Of a stretch of DNA of 18,292 nt, positions 1 through 8,065 are shown in pieces (position 1 is the first letter of the stretch; every line of letters starts with the position of its first letter). Below the pieces are notes generated by a model, which did no database searches, was not told where the DNA came from, and worked only from the letters and a program-made list of their open reading frames with translations. This stretch comes from Prevotella sp. (lineage in GTDB: Bacteria; Bacteroidota; Bacteroidia; Bacteroidales; Dysgonomonadaceae). The stretch is from the NCBI GenBank assembly GCA_031285625.1, contig JAITVV010000079.1, forward strand, positions 1 to 18,292, given 5' to 3'. A program made the position numbers and the translations under genes.

Positions 1-116
1 GTTTATCATTATTTGAAAGAATGCCAATAGAAAATCTTTTTAATAATAATGATACGCAGATAAACTATCAAAATGATACTCAATTATGTCTTAATTTTTT
101 TTAGTGGACACTAGTG
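1..116 (+). mobile_element. Right end of an insertion sequence, probably IS4 family (DUF4372-type), truncated by the window edge
   Basis: AT-rich segment ending in ...TTTTAGTGGACACTAGTG (to 116), which resembles the GGACAnTAGTG termini I recall from Bacteroidetes IS4-family elements. A transposase-like C-terminus stops inside this end. GH35 coding sequence starts abruptly at 117. Confidence 0.72.
3..104 (+). CDS. C-terminal fragment of a probable IS4-family transposase (partial)
   Basis: Frame 3 is open from the window edge: LSLFERMPIENLFNNNDTQINYQNDTQLCLNFF*, stop TAG 102-104. It resembles the 'SLFEKxPxxxLF...QLxLF' tail of DUF4372 IS4 transposases. Not in the ORF track. Confidence 0.65.
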   Translation, partial: LSLFERMPIENLFNNNDTQINYQNDTQLCLNFF

Positions 117-582
117 TATCAACTACGGCCCGGAGATTATCCATAATACAAAAGGTATTATCAGCCCGGTCAGGATAAATGATATGGAAATCGAAGGAGA
201 CTGGCAGATGATTCAGCTTCCTATGGATAAGGCTCCTGATTTCAACAAAATAAGGAAAGCCAATGTATATGATAATAAGGAATCGGCTGTTAAATCATTA
301 ACAGGTAAACCAGTGCTGTATAAAGGTACTTTCAAGCTGGCAGAGACTGGCGATACTTTCATCAATATGGAAGACTGGGGTAAAGGCATTATCTTTATCA
401 ATGGAAAGAATATCGGCCGCTACTGGCATACGGGTCCACAGCAGACACTTTATATCCCGGGTGTGTGGCTTAAGAAAGGAGAGAATGAAATCGTTATCTT
501 CGAGCAATTGAACGGCAAAATGCAGACTGAAGTTAGGACAACTAAAGTACCTGTATTGACGAAACTTAAGATTGAACAATAA
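117..582 (+). pseudogene. 3' part of a GH35 beta-galactosidase disrupted by the IS
   Basis: The frame extends upstream of ATG 184 to 118 (INYGPEIIHNTKGIISPV, the GH35 'GRINYG...KGI' motif missing its GR), preceded by in-frame TAG 112-114. GH35 C-terminal motifs are present: DTFINMEDWGKGIIFINGKNIGRYW, GPQQTLYIPGVWLKKGENEIVIFE. Confidence 0.85.
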
Positions 583-606
583 ACATATATCTATAACCAA
601 TAAACC

Positions 607-1983
607 ATGAAAAAAATCGCAACAGTTTTATTAGGATTACTTCTTTTTAGTAGCCTGAATGCATTTTCTCAGAATGTCATTAAAACACCTGTTCCGGCCC
701 GGCCTGCCGGACAAACAGATGTATTGGAGTTAAAAACAGCTCCCCTGCCTGTAGTACGTGTGGCCTTTATCGGTTTGGGTATGCGCGGTCCCGGGGCTGT
801 ACAACGTATGACACATATCCCCGGAGTGGAGATAGTCGCACTTTGTGATGTGGAGCAAAAGAACACACAAAAGGTGAATGAAATGTTAGTTAAGCGCGGA
901 TTCCCTAAGGCTCAGGAATTTTATGGAGATAGAGAAGTCTGGAAGAAAGTAACAGCACTTCCGAATGTAGACCTTATCTATATAGCCACAGACTGGAAGT
1001 CCCATGCCAAAATGGGTGTACAGGCGATGAAAGATGGTAAACATGTAGCTATAGAAGTCCCTTCGGCTATGTCGATGGATGAGATCTGGGATTTGATAAA
1101 TACCTCGGAGCAAACGCGCAAGCATTGTATGCAACTCGAAAACTGTGTATATGACTTCTTTGAACTGACTACGCTGAATATGGTTCAGCAGGGTCTTTTA
1201 GGTGATGTTATTCATGGCGAAGGTGCATATATCCATGGACTACAACCTTATTGGGATGAGTATTGGAACGATTGGCGTATGGATTTTAACAAAGAGCGTC
1301 GTGGCGATGTATATCCAACTCACGGATTAGGGCCTGTATGTCAGGCGATGAATATACATCGTGGTGATAAGTTGAATTATCTGGTATCTGTGGATACAAA
1401 GGCGATTGGTAATCCCGAATTTCTGAAAAAAGACAGGGGAGAGGATGTGAAGAATTTCCGTAACGGAGATCATACCTGTACACTGATAGGTACAGAAAAA
1501 GGAAAGTCTATATTGATAGAACACAACGTAACTTCACCTCGTCCATACAACCGTATGTATCAGCTTACAGGTACAAAAGGTTTTGCGAATAAGTATCCTG
1601 TCGAAGGTTATGCATTGGGTAGTGAAGACTTAGATCCCGCACTCACTAAGAATCATGAAAATCTGACTACTCATGAATTTGTGCCGGAAGATGTACGTAA
1701 AGCACTGATGGAAAAATACAAACACCCTATAGCAAAGGATATCGAAGAGCAGGCTAAACAAGTTGGCGGACATGGAGGTATGGACTTCATCATGGACTAC
1801 CGCTTGATATATTGTCTGCAGAAAGGTCTTCCACTGGATATGGATGTATATGACCTGGCTGAATGGTGCTCTCTGATACCATTAACTGAAATCTCCCTTG
1901 ATAATAATTCTGCACCTGTGGAAATTCCTGACTTCACTCGTGGAGGTTGGAATAAGATTCAGGGGTTGAAATTTGCACAATAA
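607..1983 (+). CDS. GH109 family NAD+-dependent glycosidase (alpha-N-acetylgalactosaminidase-like; Gfo/Idh/MocA fold), secreted
   Basis: Signal peptide; Rossmann motif VRVAFIGLGMRG; HVAIEVP, CMQLENCVY, YPTHGLGP and the GH109 GGHGGMD motif. Confidence 0.9.
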   Translation: MKKIATVLLGLLLFSSLNAFSQNVIKTPVPARPAGQTDVLELKTAPLPVVRVAFIGLGMRGPGAVQRMTHIPGVEIVALCDVEQKNTQKVNEMLVKRGFPKAQEFYGDREVWKKVTALPNVDLIYIATDWKSHAKMGVQAMKDGKHVAIEVPSAMSMDEIWDLINTSEQTRKHCMQLENCVYDFFELTTLNMVQQGLLGDVIHGEGAYIHGLQPYWDEYWNDWRMDFNKERRGDVYPTHGLGPVCQAMNIHRGDKLNYLVSVDTKAIGNPEFLKKDRGEDVKNFRNGDHTCTLIGTEKGKSILIEHNVTSPRPYNRMYQLTGTKGFANKYPVEGYALGSEDLDPALTKNHENLTTHEFVPEDVRKALMEKYKHPIAKDIEEQAKQVGGHGGMDFIMDYRLIYCLQKGLPLDMDVYDLAEWCSLIPLTEISLDNNSAPVEIPDFTRGGWNKIQGLKFAQ

Positions 1984-2051
1984 ATTATTAAAAAAACGTG
2001 GACAGACCGCTAAGGTGTATCTCTAATAAAGGAATAGAATTATTGTATTAG

Positions 2052-2112
2052 TCAAACAATATTAAATAACCATGAAAAAACTGATACCCATACTACTTTC
2101 AGGGATACTGTG
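2052..2112 (+). repeat. Left copy of a 61-bp imperfect direct repeat (partner 18160-18220)
   Basis: TCAAACAATATTAAATAACCATGAAAAAACTGATACCCATACTACTTTCAGGGATACTGTG; 57/61 identical by manual alignment, offset 16108 bp. Confidence 0.95.
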
Positions 2113-2128
2113 TCTACACGGGCTATAA
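2072..2128 (+). pseudogene. Truncated 5' remnant of the lipoprotein gene that starts at 18180
   Basis: Encodes MKKLIPILLSGILCLHGL*, against MKKLVPILLSGMLCLLYSC... at 18180. Similarity is lost after about codon 15, before the LYSC lipobox. Confidence 0.85.
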
Positions 2129-2135
2129 CCTGCGG

Positions 2136-2294
2136 ATGATGTTGCTGATAGAATTTTCCAAACAGCATTTCAAGGAAGGAACGATGGATATTATGAGAAA
2201 ACATACCGATATCTATAACCGGAAATACCAAAAGATCCAAAAACAGATAGAGACGTTAAAAACAAAGACAGAAGAACCCACCCACGCGGTTTAA
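2136..2294 (+). other. Short open frame (52 aa), possibly the 3' remnant of an unrelated gene fused at the breakpoint
   Basis: MMLLIEFSKQHFKEGTMDIMRKHTDIYNRKYQKIQKQIETLKTKTEEPTHAV*. The frame is open from 2085, has protein-like helical composition and is followed directly by a hairpin. Confidence 0.35.
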
Positions 2295-2346
2295 CACTGC
2301 CCGGTGTCAGCAGCGGTACATCCTCCATATACCGGGTGGGGTTAAA
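2290..2346. terminator. Imperfect 18-bp stem-loop, possible terminator
   Basis: TTTAACACTGCCCGGTGT (2290-2307) pairs with ATACCGGGTGGGGTTAAA (2329-2346): 14 Watson-Crick pairs, 3 G-U and 1 mismatch, 21-nt loop. No clear U-tract on +. Confidence 0.4.
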
Positions 2347-2774
2347 TAAATATTGAGCATGCTTATGATAGTATCGTTAGAATAAAAAAACGCTTTAAGA
2401 AACCCCAATTTGAATACAGGTATTATTCTTCCAAAATATTGATTCATCAAACGGGAAAAATATAATCCATGTTACTGAAATTTATCTGTTGGGGAAAATC
2501 TGAAATTCAAGATTACCTCAGCTAATCAGAAGTATCTGAATAACGAATATCCCAGGAACATTTGCATAAATGATACGGTAATTTTCGTAAAGGATGTATA
2601 TTTGGAGAATACATTTGACAATAACCTGTAAACAAATGGATAGTCATTATTCCCTGATTGATAAATGCAAAGAGGAATTATTACTGCACCTTGAATTGTA
2701 AATAAATACAAAGATATGTCAATAAATATTGTATTTTCACTGGCTTTGCCACAATGTTATTCTGATTAATAGAT

Positions 2775-2782
2775 TATATTTG
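2775..2782 (+). promoter_or_regulatory. Candidate Bacteroidetes housekeeping-sigma -7 element for the ECF sigma gene
   Basis: TATATTTG matches TAnnTTTG, 62 nt before ATG 2845. No well-spaced -33 TTTG seen. Confidence 0.5.
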
Positions 2783-2844
2783 TCCTTTTATCTTTTATAA
2801 CACAGAATTAAAACATCTGCGTAACATCAGTTACTGATTCACTA

Positions 2845-3408
2845 ATGGGGCCGGAAGATATTGTTAATTCCTTTAATGCCATATATCAGCGATATTATAC
2901 ACAGGCATTTACGTTTACAAAGTCGTATGTTCATAACGATTTTGTCGCGGAGGATATTGTCACCGAGTCTTTGCTGAAAATATGGGATATATTGAAAAAA
3001 GAACCTGTAAACAATGCCGCCTCTCTGTTGTTTATAATCCTAAAAAATAAATCTTTAGATCATCTTAGAGTGGAAAAACACAAATTGGAAAGAATAAAGG
3101 ATATAGAACTTTCCGAACAATGGGAACTTGATTTCAGGATTGCCACATTAGAAGAATCTATCCCCGAGCATATTTTTATCGAAGAGATTGAAGACATTGT
3201 TAGGAATGCGTTAAAAAGCTTGCCTGAACAATCTGTTCGAGTGTTTGAACTAAGCCGTTTTGAATGCCTGACCAATAAAGAAATTAGCGAGAGGCTCGGC
3301 ATAACGGTAAAAGGGGTTGAGTATCACCTGACAAAAACCCTTAAAATATTGCGCATACAACTTTCTGATTATCTTATATTTATACTGACATTGATTTATT
3401 TTTTATAA
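2845..3408 (+). CDS. ECF RNA polymerase sigma-70 factor (Bacteroidetes PUL type)
   Basis: Region 2 AEDIVTESLLKIW...KNKSLDHLR; region 4 LPEQSVRVFELSRFECLTNKEISERLGITVKGVEYHL; adjacent to a fecR-like gene. Confidence 0.95.
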   Translation: MGPEDIVNSFNAIYQRYYTQAFTFTKSYVHNDFVAEDIVTESLLKIWDILKKEPVNNAASLLFIILKNKSLDHLRVEKHKLERIKDIELSEQWELDFRIATLEESIPEHIFIEEIEDIVRNALKSLPEQSVRVFELSRFECLTNKEISERLGITVKGVEYHLTKTLKILRIQLSDYLIFILTLIYFL

Positions 3409-3425
3409 AATATGAAATTATAGAC

Positions 3426-3453
3426 TAGGGTATTGGCTGTTTTTATCGTCTTA
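3426..3453 (+). promoter_or_regulatory. Putative ECF-dependent promoter of the anti-sigma/susC operon
   Basis: TAGGGTA (3426-3432)-N14-CGTCTTA (3447-3453) in the short sigma/anti-sigma gap. It is an ECF-like bipartite motif at the expected position, inferred rather than mapped. Confidence 0.5.
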
Positions 3454-3475
3454 TTGTAAAAGCATAAAAACAGCA

Positions 3476-4414
3476 ATGGAAGACGAAGTGTTATTTCGAT
3501 ATATAAAAGGTGAAGCTTCTTCACAGGAAAAAAAGTCTGTCATTCTTTGGATTCATGAAACAGAAGAAAATAAACAGAAATTCCGGGAGTATCGCAGACT
3601 CTATGATATTTTGGCCTGGCAGAAAAAAGGAACTTCTGTTTCCATAAAAAGGCTGCATCTAAAACCGGCACATTTATTTACAAATATTCTAAAAATAGCG
3701 GCGGTATTTATTTTCGGATTTGGATTGTCATACTTCTTCCGTAATACAAAAGGATCGGAACAGGAAGTTTTATATCAAACGTTGAATGTTCCTACAGGCC
3801 AGCGCGCCGAGCTAATTCTTGCCGATGGAACTAACGTCTGGCTCAATGCCAATTCATCAATAACTTTTCCTACCAAATTCGATGCTGAAAACAGGATAGT
3901 CACTCTCAAAGGGGAGGCATACTTCGATGTGCAAAAAAAGCCGGAACAACCATTTCTTGTCCGGTCAGGCGACTACACCATCAGGGTACTTGGAACACAA
4001 TTTAACGTACAGGCCTATCCCCAAAATCCTGCGTTTGAGGCCGACCTCATAGAAGGATCGGTTGAAATACTGAAAGCCGGCGACAATAATAAGCCGATAA
4101 CGCTGAATCCCGGTAGTAAAGTAAGGATCGAAGGAGGGAAATATGCTGTTTCTTCCATAACCGACTATGACTATTATTTGTGGAAAGAAGGCCTGATCTG
4201 CTTTGACGACATTATACTCAACGATCTGTTCAAACAACTGGAATTATACTTCGACATCAAAATAAATATTAAGGACAGGTCTCTACTGATCCATAAATAT
4301 ACCGGTAAATTCCGAACCAAAGAAGGTATCGAGCATATCCTGAAAACCCTTCAACTGAGCAATGATTTTAAATACCATAAAAATGAAAAGGAGAATAGTA
4401 TAGAGATTTACTAA
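3476..4414 (+). CDS. FecR-family anti-sigma factor
   Basis: N-terminal YIKGEASSQE, TM helix KIAAVFIFGFGLSYFF, LADGTNVWLNANSSITFP, LKGEAYFDV, VLGTQFNV, WKEGLICF. Confidence 0.95.
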   Translation: MEDEVLFRYIKGEASSQEKKSVILWIHETEENKQKFREYRRLYDILAWQKKGTSVSIKRLHLKPAHLFTNILKIAAVFIFGFGLSYFFRNTKGSEQEVLYQTLNVPTGQRAELILADGTNVWLNANSSITFPTKFDAENRIVTLKGEAYFDVQKKPEQPFLVRSGDYTIRVLGTQFNVQAYPQNPAFEADLIEGSVEILKAGDNNKPITLNPGSKVRIEGGKYAVSSITDYDYYLWKEGLICFDDIILNDLFKQLELYFDIKINIKDRSLLIHKYTGKFRTKEGIEHILKTLQLSNDFKYHKNEKENSIEIY

Positions 4415-4484
4415 AAAAATTGTTAACCCGAAGTTTAATAAAAAACGCATGCCTATGAGAATACCATAAAAAACAAAAAAAGTA

Positions 4485-4516
4485 GACCGGTAAAATACGC
4501 CAATATTCTACCGGTC
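4485..4516 (+). promoter_or_regulatory. Stem-loop in the fecR-susC leader
   Basis: GACCGGTAAAATA-cgccaa-TATTCTACCGGTC: 13-bp stem with 1 mismatch, preceded by A-runs and with no U-tract after it. Confidence 0.6.
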
Positions 4517-4572
4517 GGAGTCAATATCCACCGTGTATTAATGAAATATTAACTAAAGAACCATGTAAAGTT

Positions 4573-7500
4573 ATGCAAAAAATATTGTATAAAGAAGAAG
4601 ATATATCCCCTCGGCGGAATTTTAAAAGAATCTTTACAATCATGAAATCAACGATCCTTTTTCTTTTACTCTCAATGAGTATGTTTGCCACAGATCTGAG
4701 TTCTCAATCAGCAAATGTTTCCATTTTACTAAAAGACAATAATTTAGAGAATGTGTTGACCGAAATTGAGAAGCAAACCGATTACCTGTTTGTTTACAAA
4801 AAAAATGACATAGACCTCAAACGTAAAGTCTCGATAAATGCAGTTAACCGGCCTGTAAAATCTGTGCTGCACGGAATATTCAATGGAACAGACATTTCCT
4901 ATGTCATGGAAGGCAATAGTATTATGCTGATGAAAGGCGGTGAAAAAATACAACAGCCCAAGCAGGATGGGAAGCATGTTACAGGTACTGTAACCGATGA
5001 AGCAGGTGAACCGTTAATCGGGGTAAGCGTGGCAATCAAAGGTACTACGACTGGTACGCTGACGGATTTGGATGGTAAATTTACAATTCAGGTACCTGCG
5101 GAAAGTACGGTGCTGGTTTTCTCATATGTCGGTTTTACAAGCCAGGAAATCGTTGTAGGCGACAAAAGCGATATCTCTGTGGTATTGGCCTCCAATATCA
5201 GTGATCTCGAAGAAGTCGTAGTCGTGGGTTACGGTGTACAGAAAAAGAAACTGGTAACCGGCGCTACCACACAGGTAAAAGGTGACGATATCTCCAAACT
5301 GAGCACCGTGAGCGTAATGAGCGCTCTTAGCGGACAAACACCCGGCGTAAGCATCTCCCAGAACAATAATAAGCCCGGCGAAGGTTTTAAGGTAAACATT
5401 CGCGGCGTAGGTACGATCGGCGACTCTAATCCCCTCTATATTATAGACGGGCTGGTTGGTGGGGATATTAACCTGCTCAGCCCTACCGAAATCGAAAGTG
5501 TAGATATCCTGAAAGATGCTGCCTCCACCGCTATTTACGGTTCGCGGGCAGCCAATGGCGTTATCCTTGTTACTACCAAGCATGGTAAATTGGGATCGAA
5601 GATAACCACTTCGTTCGATATGAATTACGGTTGGCAGAACGTTTACAAAAAACTGAGGGTACTGAATGCGCAGGAGTATGTCACCATAATGGACGAAGCC
5701 CGTATGAATGACGGGTTGGCTCCTTTGGACTGGGCTACAGTGATTCCAAGCTGGGATAGAGTGCAAAGCGGATGGACAGGTACCGACTGGTTCGACGAGC
5801 TGACAACCAAAAACGCGCCGGTACAAAACTATTCCCTTAACATTAACGGAGGATCAGAAAACGCGGTTTATTCGGCCAGCCTGGGTTATACCTCACAGGT
5901 GGGAATGATGGGTGGCAAGCATCTCCGCTCGCAATACGACCGCTACAACGGACGCATCAATACGGAATTTACCCTGCTCAAAAGCGGTAATACGGACATT
6001 TTGAAATTCGGAGAAAACCTGACTTTCGCCTATACAAACAAAGAAGGTTTGAATATTGCCGCCGACGGTGTTTACTGGAACGACATACGTTCGTCATTTA
6101 CACATAATCCCATGATGCCTGTGTACGATGAAAACGGGGAATACACAAAAGCTTACACTTCTTACCATGATGAAGCGAATCCTATGGCGTACATGCACTA
6201 TGCGCGGCAAGACAACAATTCAAAAAACTACTCGGTTCGCGGTAATTTCTTTGTTACTTTGCAGCCGATCGAACGCCTGATTCTGAAGAGTACTTTCGGT
6301 TTCGGCTATTCGAGTTACACAAGTCGTTCTTATATTCCGGTATATGATACCGGAGCGGCAGGTATAGCGCGTACGCACGACCAAACCAGCCAGTCGGCAG
6401 GTAGTAGTTACAGTTGGACACTCGATAATACGGCTACCTATAACTTCACTTTTACAGATAATCACAATTTTGGAATAATGCTGGGGATATCCGCCGAAAA
6501 ATGGGGGTATGGAGAACAACTCAACGGCGACAATATCGATAACGAATTCGGCGACTATAAGCATGCCTATCTGGACAACACCAAACTGATCAGTCCGACC
6601 GACACCCACATGGGTGGCCGGCCCTATGGACCAGGTGCCATCGCTTCATACTTCGGGCGTTTGAACTACGATTACAAAGGAAAATATATGGCTACTGTAA
6701 ATATGCGTCGCGATGCTTCATCGAAATTTGCTCCGGGACATCGCTGGGGTACTTTCCCATCCATATCGGCAGGATGGACGATTACCGAAGAGCCGTTTGC
6801 CGAACTTTTGAAGAAATATATGGATTTCTTCAAGCTTCGTGCCAGTTGGGGGCAAAACGGTAATATGAATATCGACGACTTCCAGTATCTGGCTTCTATC
6901 CTTATTGGCGATACCTGGGCGAGTTATACATTCGGTGGCGACAAATCGGCGAAGGCTGTAGGCTCATACCCTAATCTTTTGGCAAATCCTGATATTACAT
7001 GGGAAACGTCCGAGCAATTGGACTTCGGTTTCGATGCCCGCTTTTTCAATCGCTTATCGGTTAATTTCGACTGGTACAGCAAAACGACCAAAGACTGGCT
7101 GGTACGGGCTCCTATACTTTCTTCCTACGGAACCGGCGCGCCTTTTATCAATGGAGGCGATATCAGCAATAAGGGCTTCGAACTGGCTCTGGGCTGGAAC
7201 GGCAGAGTGGGTGAAGTTAATTATAACGTCAATGCCAATATGGCGCACAACATAAACAAAGTGATGCGGATTGCCAATAATGAAGGTATTATAAATGGCG
7301 GAAGCGAAGTCCTTTCATCGCAGACCGGCTATCTGGTACGCGCACAGGTGGGATACCCTGTCGGATACTATAACGGATATAAGACCGACGGTATTTTTCA
7401 GAACGAAGACGAGGTGAGGGCTTACAAGGATAAAGACGGCAAGCAGATTATGCCTGACGCCAAACCGGGTGATGTACGCTTCGTCGATTTCAACGGTGAC

Positions 7501-8043
7501 GGTACAATCAGTGAAGCCGACCGTACCATGATCGGTAATCCGAACCCTGACTATACGGTAGGCTTGTCGTTCGGTGCGGAATGGAAAGGAATTGACTTCG
7601 CGCTGAGTGCTACAGGAGAACTCGGACAGGAAAATATCCGCTCGCTCCGCTCGGCTTCCGATCGCACATGGCATAACTTCACAATGGATGTCGCAGCCAA
7701 CCGCTGGCACGGAGAAGGTACATCCAACCGCTACCCGCGGATCACTTCCTCTCCCCATATCAACTGGACGTATTATTCCGATATTTATGTTGAAAACGGC
7801 AGTTACCTGCGCATTAGCAACATCACGTTGGGCTACGACCTCAAAAAAGGATTCCCTAAATTGCCGTTGCAGAAACTTCGCATATACGGCTCCATACAGA
7901 ACGCTTTCACCTTTACCGGCTACAAAGGTATGGATCCGGCGGTTGGCTGGGGCGGCGACGGCATCAATTGGTCGCGCGGCGTGGACGTAGGCTATTATCC
8001 GGCTCCACGTACTGTGCTGATAGGGGTAAACATTACTTTATAA
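4573..8043 (+). CDS. susC: SusC/RagA TonB-dependent transporter with N-terminal STN signalling domain (transducer)
   Basis: STN domain (LENVLTEIEKQTDYLFVY); carboxypeptidase-regulatory-like domain (GTVTDEAGEPLIGVSV); LEEVVVVGYG; ILKDAASTAIYGSRAANGVILVTTK; KLRASWGQNGN; C-terminal YPAPRTVLIGVNITL. Alternative start at 4642. Confidence 0.97.
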   Translation: MQKILYKEEDISPRRNFKRIFTIMKSTILFLLLSMSMFATDLSSQSANVSILLKDNNLENVLTEIEKQTDYLFVYKKNDIDLKRKVSINAVNRPVKSVLHGIFNGTDISYVMEGNSIMLMKGGEKIQQPKQDGKHVTGTVTDEAGEPLIGVSVAIKGTTTGTLTDLDGKFTIQVPAESTVLVFSYVGFTSQEIVVGDKSDISVVLASNISDLEEVVVVGYGVQKKKLVTGATTQVKGDDISKLSTVSVMSALSGQTPGVSISQNNNKPGEGFKVNIRGVGTIGDSNPLYIIDGLVGGDINLLSPTEIESVDILKDAASTAIYGSRAANGVILVTTKHGKLGSKITTSFDMNYGWQNVYKKLRVLNAQEYVTIMDEARMNDGLAPLDWATVIPSWDRVQSGWTGTDWFDELTTKNAPVQNYSLNINGGSENAVYSASLGYTSQVGMMGGKHLRSQYDRYNGRINTEFTLLKSGNTDILKFGENLTFAYTNKEGLNIAADGVYWNDIRSSFTHNPMMPVYDENGEYTKAYTSYHDEANPMAYMHYARQDNNSKNYSVRGNFFVTLQPIERLILKSTFGFGYSSYTSRSYIPVYDTGAAGIARTHDQTSQSAGSSYSWTLDNTATYNFTFTDNHNFGIMLGISAEKWGYGEQLNGDNIDNEFGDYKHAYLDNTKLISPTDTHMGGRPYGPGAIASYFGRLNYDYKGKYMATVNMRRDASSKFAPGHRWGTFPSISAGWTITEEPFAELLKKYMDFFKLRASWGQNGNMNIDDFQYLASILIGDTWASYTFGGDKSAKAVGSYPNLLANPDITWETSEQLDFGFDARFFNRLSVNFDWYSKTTKDWLVRAPILSSYGTGAPFINGGDISNKGFELALGWNGRVGEVNYNVNANMAHNINKVMRIANNEGIINGGSEVLSSQTGYLVRAQVGYPVGYYNGYKTDGIFQNEDEVRAYKDKDGKQIMPDAKPGDVRFVDFNGDGTISEADRTMIGNPNPDYTVGLSFGAEWKGIDFALSATGELGQENIRSLRSASDRTWHNFTMDVAANRWHGEGTSNRYPRITSSPHINWTYYSDIYVENGSYLRISNITLGYDLKKGFPKLPLQKLRIYGSIQNAFTFTGYKGMDPAVGWGGDGINWSRGVDVGYYPAPRTVLIGVNITL

Positions 8044-8065
8044 CATATTTTAAATACGAAAAAAT

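Noticed and set aside
184-582. 132-aa ORF as a standalone gene
   Set aside because: ATG 184 is internal. Homology to GH35 extends upstream to the IS junction at 117.
607-1983. GH109 as the dehydrogenase partner of the ThuA proteins in a 3-keto-glycoside pathway
   Set aside because: It has the full GH109 hydrolase motif set, lies outside the repeat-bounded PUL, and no DUF1080 or sugar-phosphate-isomerase-like lyase gene is present.
2052-2112. Direct repeat as attL/attR of an integrative element or prophage
   Set aside because: No integrase, relaxase, tRNA or phage gene lies between the copies. Kept only as a recombination or duplication scar.
2526-2711. 61-aa minus-strand ORF in the AT-rich gap
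   Set aside because: Non-ATG start overlapping the promoter-like motif, and no recognisable features.
5122-5826. 234-aa minus-strand ORF and the other antisense or alternate-frame ORFs in the track
   Set aside because: They are shadows of well-supported + strand genes with no recognisable motifs.
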